Positions 61,501 through 64,000 of a stretch of 64,000 nucleotides of DNA are shown here, in pieces. Position 1 is the stretch's first letter; every line of letters starts with the position of its first letter. The stretch is taken from NCBI GenBank assembly GCA_030704615.1, contig CM060734.1, positions 35,402,001 to 35,466,000 on the forward strand, given 5' to 3'. The notes under the pieces were generated by a model. It was given only the letters and a program-made list of their open reading frames with translations. It was not told the origin of the DNA and did not search any database. Both the position numbers and the translations under genes were made by a program. This DNA comes from Takakia lepidozioides (taxonomy: Eukaryota; Plantae; Bryophyta).

Positions 61501-63560
61501 ATTGTTTATTGTTTTTTCCCCTCTGAATGTGCCAGATGAAAGTGGCGTTGATGCCAACTTAATCTGGCTGGTCTTCTGGGCCGGAATATTTAAGCTTCCG
61601 CCAAATTAAAATATACTTATTTAAACTCAACAACACATGGATCTCTGCACACATGTTGTTGCAGTCATCCATGGTTCACTTATCTGGGCAATTTTTCATC
61701 CGACACTCATCCAACATTCATCCAATGTTCATCCATTCCCTTTTACGTTCATCATAGATACGTTCATTCGACAGTTTTTCATCGCACAATTGTGCCACAT
61801 TGTCGTCATAGAGTCTGTCTGTGATCGGTCCGATGAAGAGAAGATTGCGCCGTTGTAGTGGAGTTTGTGTCCATGGCAATAGGCCCACTTGTTCCCTCGT
61901 TTTTAGGGTCCGCATCAATAATCTACTCACGCTTGGGGGAATCTGCTCACGGATAAGGGAATCCGCTCACAGGTTCTGCTCACGCCTTTGCTGCCCTCCT
62001 TGGTGTACATAGTTGTACTCTACCAGAGATGGCTTACTTATGCAATCCCCCCCTACCCAACAATTAGTGAATTACACACATACGTTGCATTGAATCCATC
62101 TCATTAATGCACATGCGACAAATGGAAGGTGAAATGATTCAGGATTTGCCAACCTGTGTAATTCCATAAGGTGGTTTGGGTATGGTCCCCTTTTCCATTG
62201 CCCTCTGAATGATCTGTCTGACATGGTACCTAATGTCCTTCAAGTTTCGCCCCACCATCTCCATCACCCTTGTGTCACTCTAATTACCCGGAAATCAGCG
62301 GTCTAACTCACGGGCATACGCCCACTTCACGCCAAAGTGCTGATCAGCCCACTCAATGTGTAAAGGGAACCGCCTCATTGCAAGTTCGAAGGCTGACTTC
62401 TTCATAGCCTCCCAGAACGCACCGCAGGGGTCACCATGACAATTCACCTCCACCGGTGGCACCACGATCTTTGCCAACTCCACGTCCTCTATCGCTAAAG
62501 TCATGTTCTTCTTCCCACCCTCTCTCTTACTTGTAGCCTCCTTCCCCTGCTCTTTTGTTACCCCACTGCCCTCCCCCGCATGCACACACTCACCCCTTCC
62601 TCTCCATGAAACTTCTTCTTCTTTTTCTTCTTTTTCTTCCCCTTCCCCGCTACTTCATTTCTCTCCTTCTCTCTCTCCCTCTCCCTTCTCTCTCTATCCT
62701 CGGCAGCCCCTTCATTGATGGTAACAAAGATCTCGGGAGGTCGAGGCCTCTTCTTCTTACCTTTGGTGTTCGAGTTCTTCATAAACACCACGTGCTCTTC
62801 CTCATTGGCAACCCTACTGGACTGCACCAATGAGGCCAGCTATGTTGCTGTCTCCTGAAAACAAATAATCCCCCCAAATTCAAAAAAAGAAACAAACAAC
62901 AAAGAAAATCATGCATGCAAAGGAAAGGACAAAACATGGAACAATGTGCGACAATTATACCTTTGCAAGCTTGTCCGACTCGCCCCCGGTGTCACCCGAT
63001 GTGGCAGGAGTCCCCGTTGTCGAATGTGCCCGCGCACCACTGGAAATAGATTCCAGATGTGGAGCATGGCCGGCGGCTGCGCCCCGTAGTCTAGGCCCTT
63101 CTTTGCTGACCGCTCAGGCTCAGGGGACGGCCGCTGATCGGCTAGGCCGCTCCAAACCGTCCCATACCATCCCCCCCCCCCCCCAAATGTGTAGCAGTAG
63201 AAGCCCTCACCTGGCTTGACTACTTCGAGGCGCTTCGCTATCTCGGCCACTTCATGGCCCTCCTTATCTCCTCGTCCCTCATCGACAACATTGGGCTAGC
63301 AACAACCACTTTCAAAGGCCCTTGAACCCGACGTTGGGCCTTGGCAAGTGCAGCCTTCGTTGCAGAGGAAGGGGTCGCTATAGGGGTGACATCCAAAAGT
63401 TGCCCATACCGGGCCCCCGAACAGGTGATGTGCTTGCCAAGGTACATTTCACCCATCTTGGGCCGGGTGTGTGCTCAATTGAGCATCCGGCTCAGCACAA
63501 CCCTCCCGAATAGGAGAGCCGGCTGAGCCGGCCCTGGTGCATCCAAGATGGGGATAAGAG
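58504..63560. mobile_element. CACTA element (left end at 58504) with a degenerate spliced minus-strand ORF2/TnpA-like gene
   Basis: CACTACAGGAAAAGAGGGG and GCGACG/CGTCGC subterminal repeats to ~59190. Minus-strand coding remnants include VEVNCHGDPCG..FWEAMKK..EWADQ (~62150-62500) and an acidic C-terminus SESSTEEEDEDEGD* (~59463). No right end was seen. Confidence 0.6.
60190..61580 (+). repeat. Tandem array of six ~210-250-bp units; most carry a hairpin and all carry a variable A/T tract
   Basis: Units start near 60191, 60441, 60692, 60901, 61140 and 61381; palindrome CAGATTAAGGTGTCGT-NN-ACGACACCTTAATCTG. Confidence 0.95.
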
Positions 63561-63895
63561 GGGGGGTACTGGCCTCGGGGGCAAACGAGCCCTCCGTTGA
63601 CGGGGCTGGTAAATCATCATGGTGCCTTGTCCAAATTTTTTGGCATTATGATAAATTTTCTAGATGTTATCTTGAACATTGCCCATTTGACTGCCACGTA
63701 GGCAGGTCAATGGTGCTCTAACACCGGATTTCCTGAAACCTGGCACTTTGCAAAATTCTAGGGAGTAGAGCTTTTATGATTTTTTGGCGCTGTAAATTCC
63801 CACGTGTGCTCCTATCTGACATCTACAATTCATCTTCAAGGTTCACTTCCATCCACTTTCATCCATGGGAATGGGAGCCTGGCAAGTAATCTGAC

Positions 63896-63933
63896 GCGAC
63901 CTGATTCAGGTCGCGTCGTCCTTTAGGGGTTAA
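63896..63933 (+). mobile_element. piggyBac-like right terminus (hairpin, 12 nt, GGG|TTAA)
   Basis: GCGACCTGATTCAGGTCGC-N12-GGG-TTAA. Confidence 0.45.
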
Positions 63934-64000
63934 CTATGCCGATTTAATTGGTCGGACTCTTTTCTCTTTGGGTAGTTGAGGAATATAATGGTATGGACGG

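Noticed and set aside
60190-61580. Hairpin array as CRISPR-like repeat-spacer locus
   Set aside because: The sequence between hairpins is itself repeated; only low-complexity A/T tracts vary.

Overview
Eukaryotic nuclear DNA from a non-seed land plant: it has GT-AG spliced plant genes plus the cilia-assembly gene DNAAF11/LRRC6, which implies flagellated sperm (bryophyte, lycophyte or fern; inference). Six intact genes can be modelled by eye: TDP2 (6716-9921,+), plastid-type UPRT (32251-36151,-), NECAP (37711-40283,-), an intronless GST-C/tRNA-binding Arc1p/AIMP1-like gene (43668-44951,-), DNAAF11/LRRC6 (45412-48454,+) and an intronless plant-specific YDxxSYxxNFD protein (49475-50344,-). There are also RPL27 and PPR pseudogene fragments. 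The rest is nested transposon material: an RTEX-like LINE (two copies), a 2.8-kb hAT foldback with an 8-bp TSD, a Mutator-type MITE with a 9-bp TSD, three CACTA ends, tandem arrays and palindromes. The most unusual items are three. (i) A Ty3/gypsy element with an extra unknown ORF before gag, a degenerate dUTPase between protease and RT, a tRNA-Ala PBS, non-TG..CA LTR ends and a TTTAAAC slippery site. (ii) Two unpaired piggyBac-like hairpin+GGG|TTAA termini with compensatory base changes. (iii) A six-unit hairpin array inside a CACTA element. All homology calls come from recalled motifs and no searches were run; novelty is unverified.
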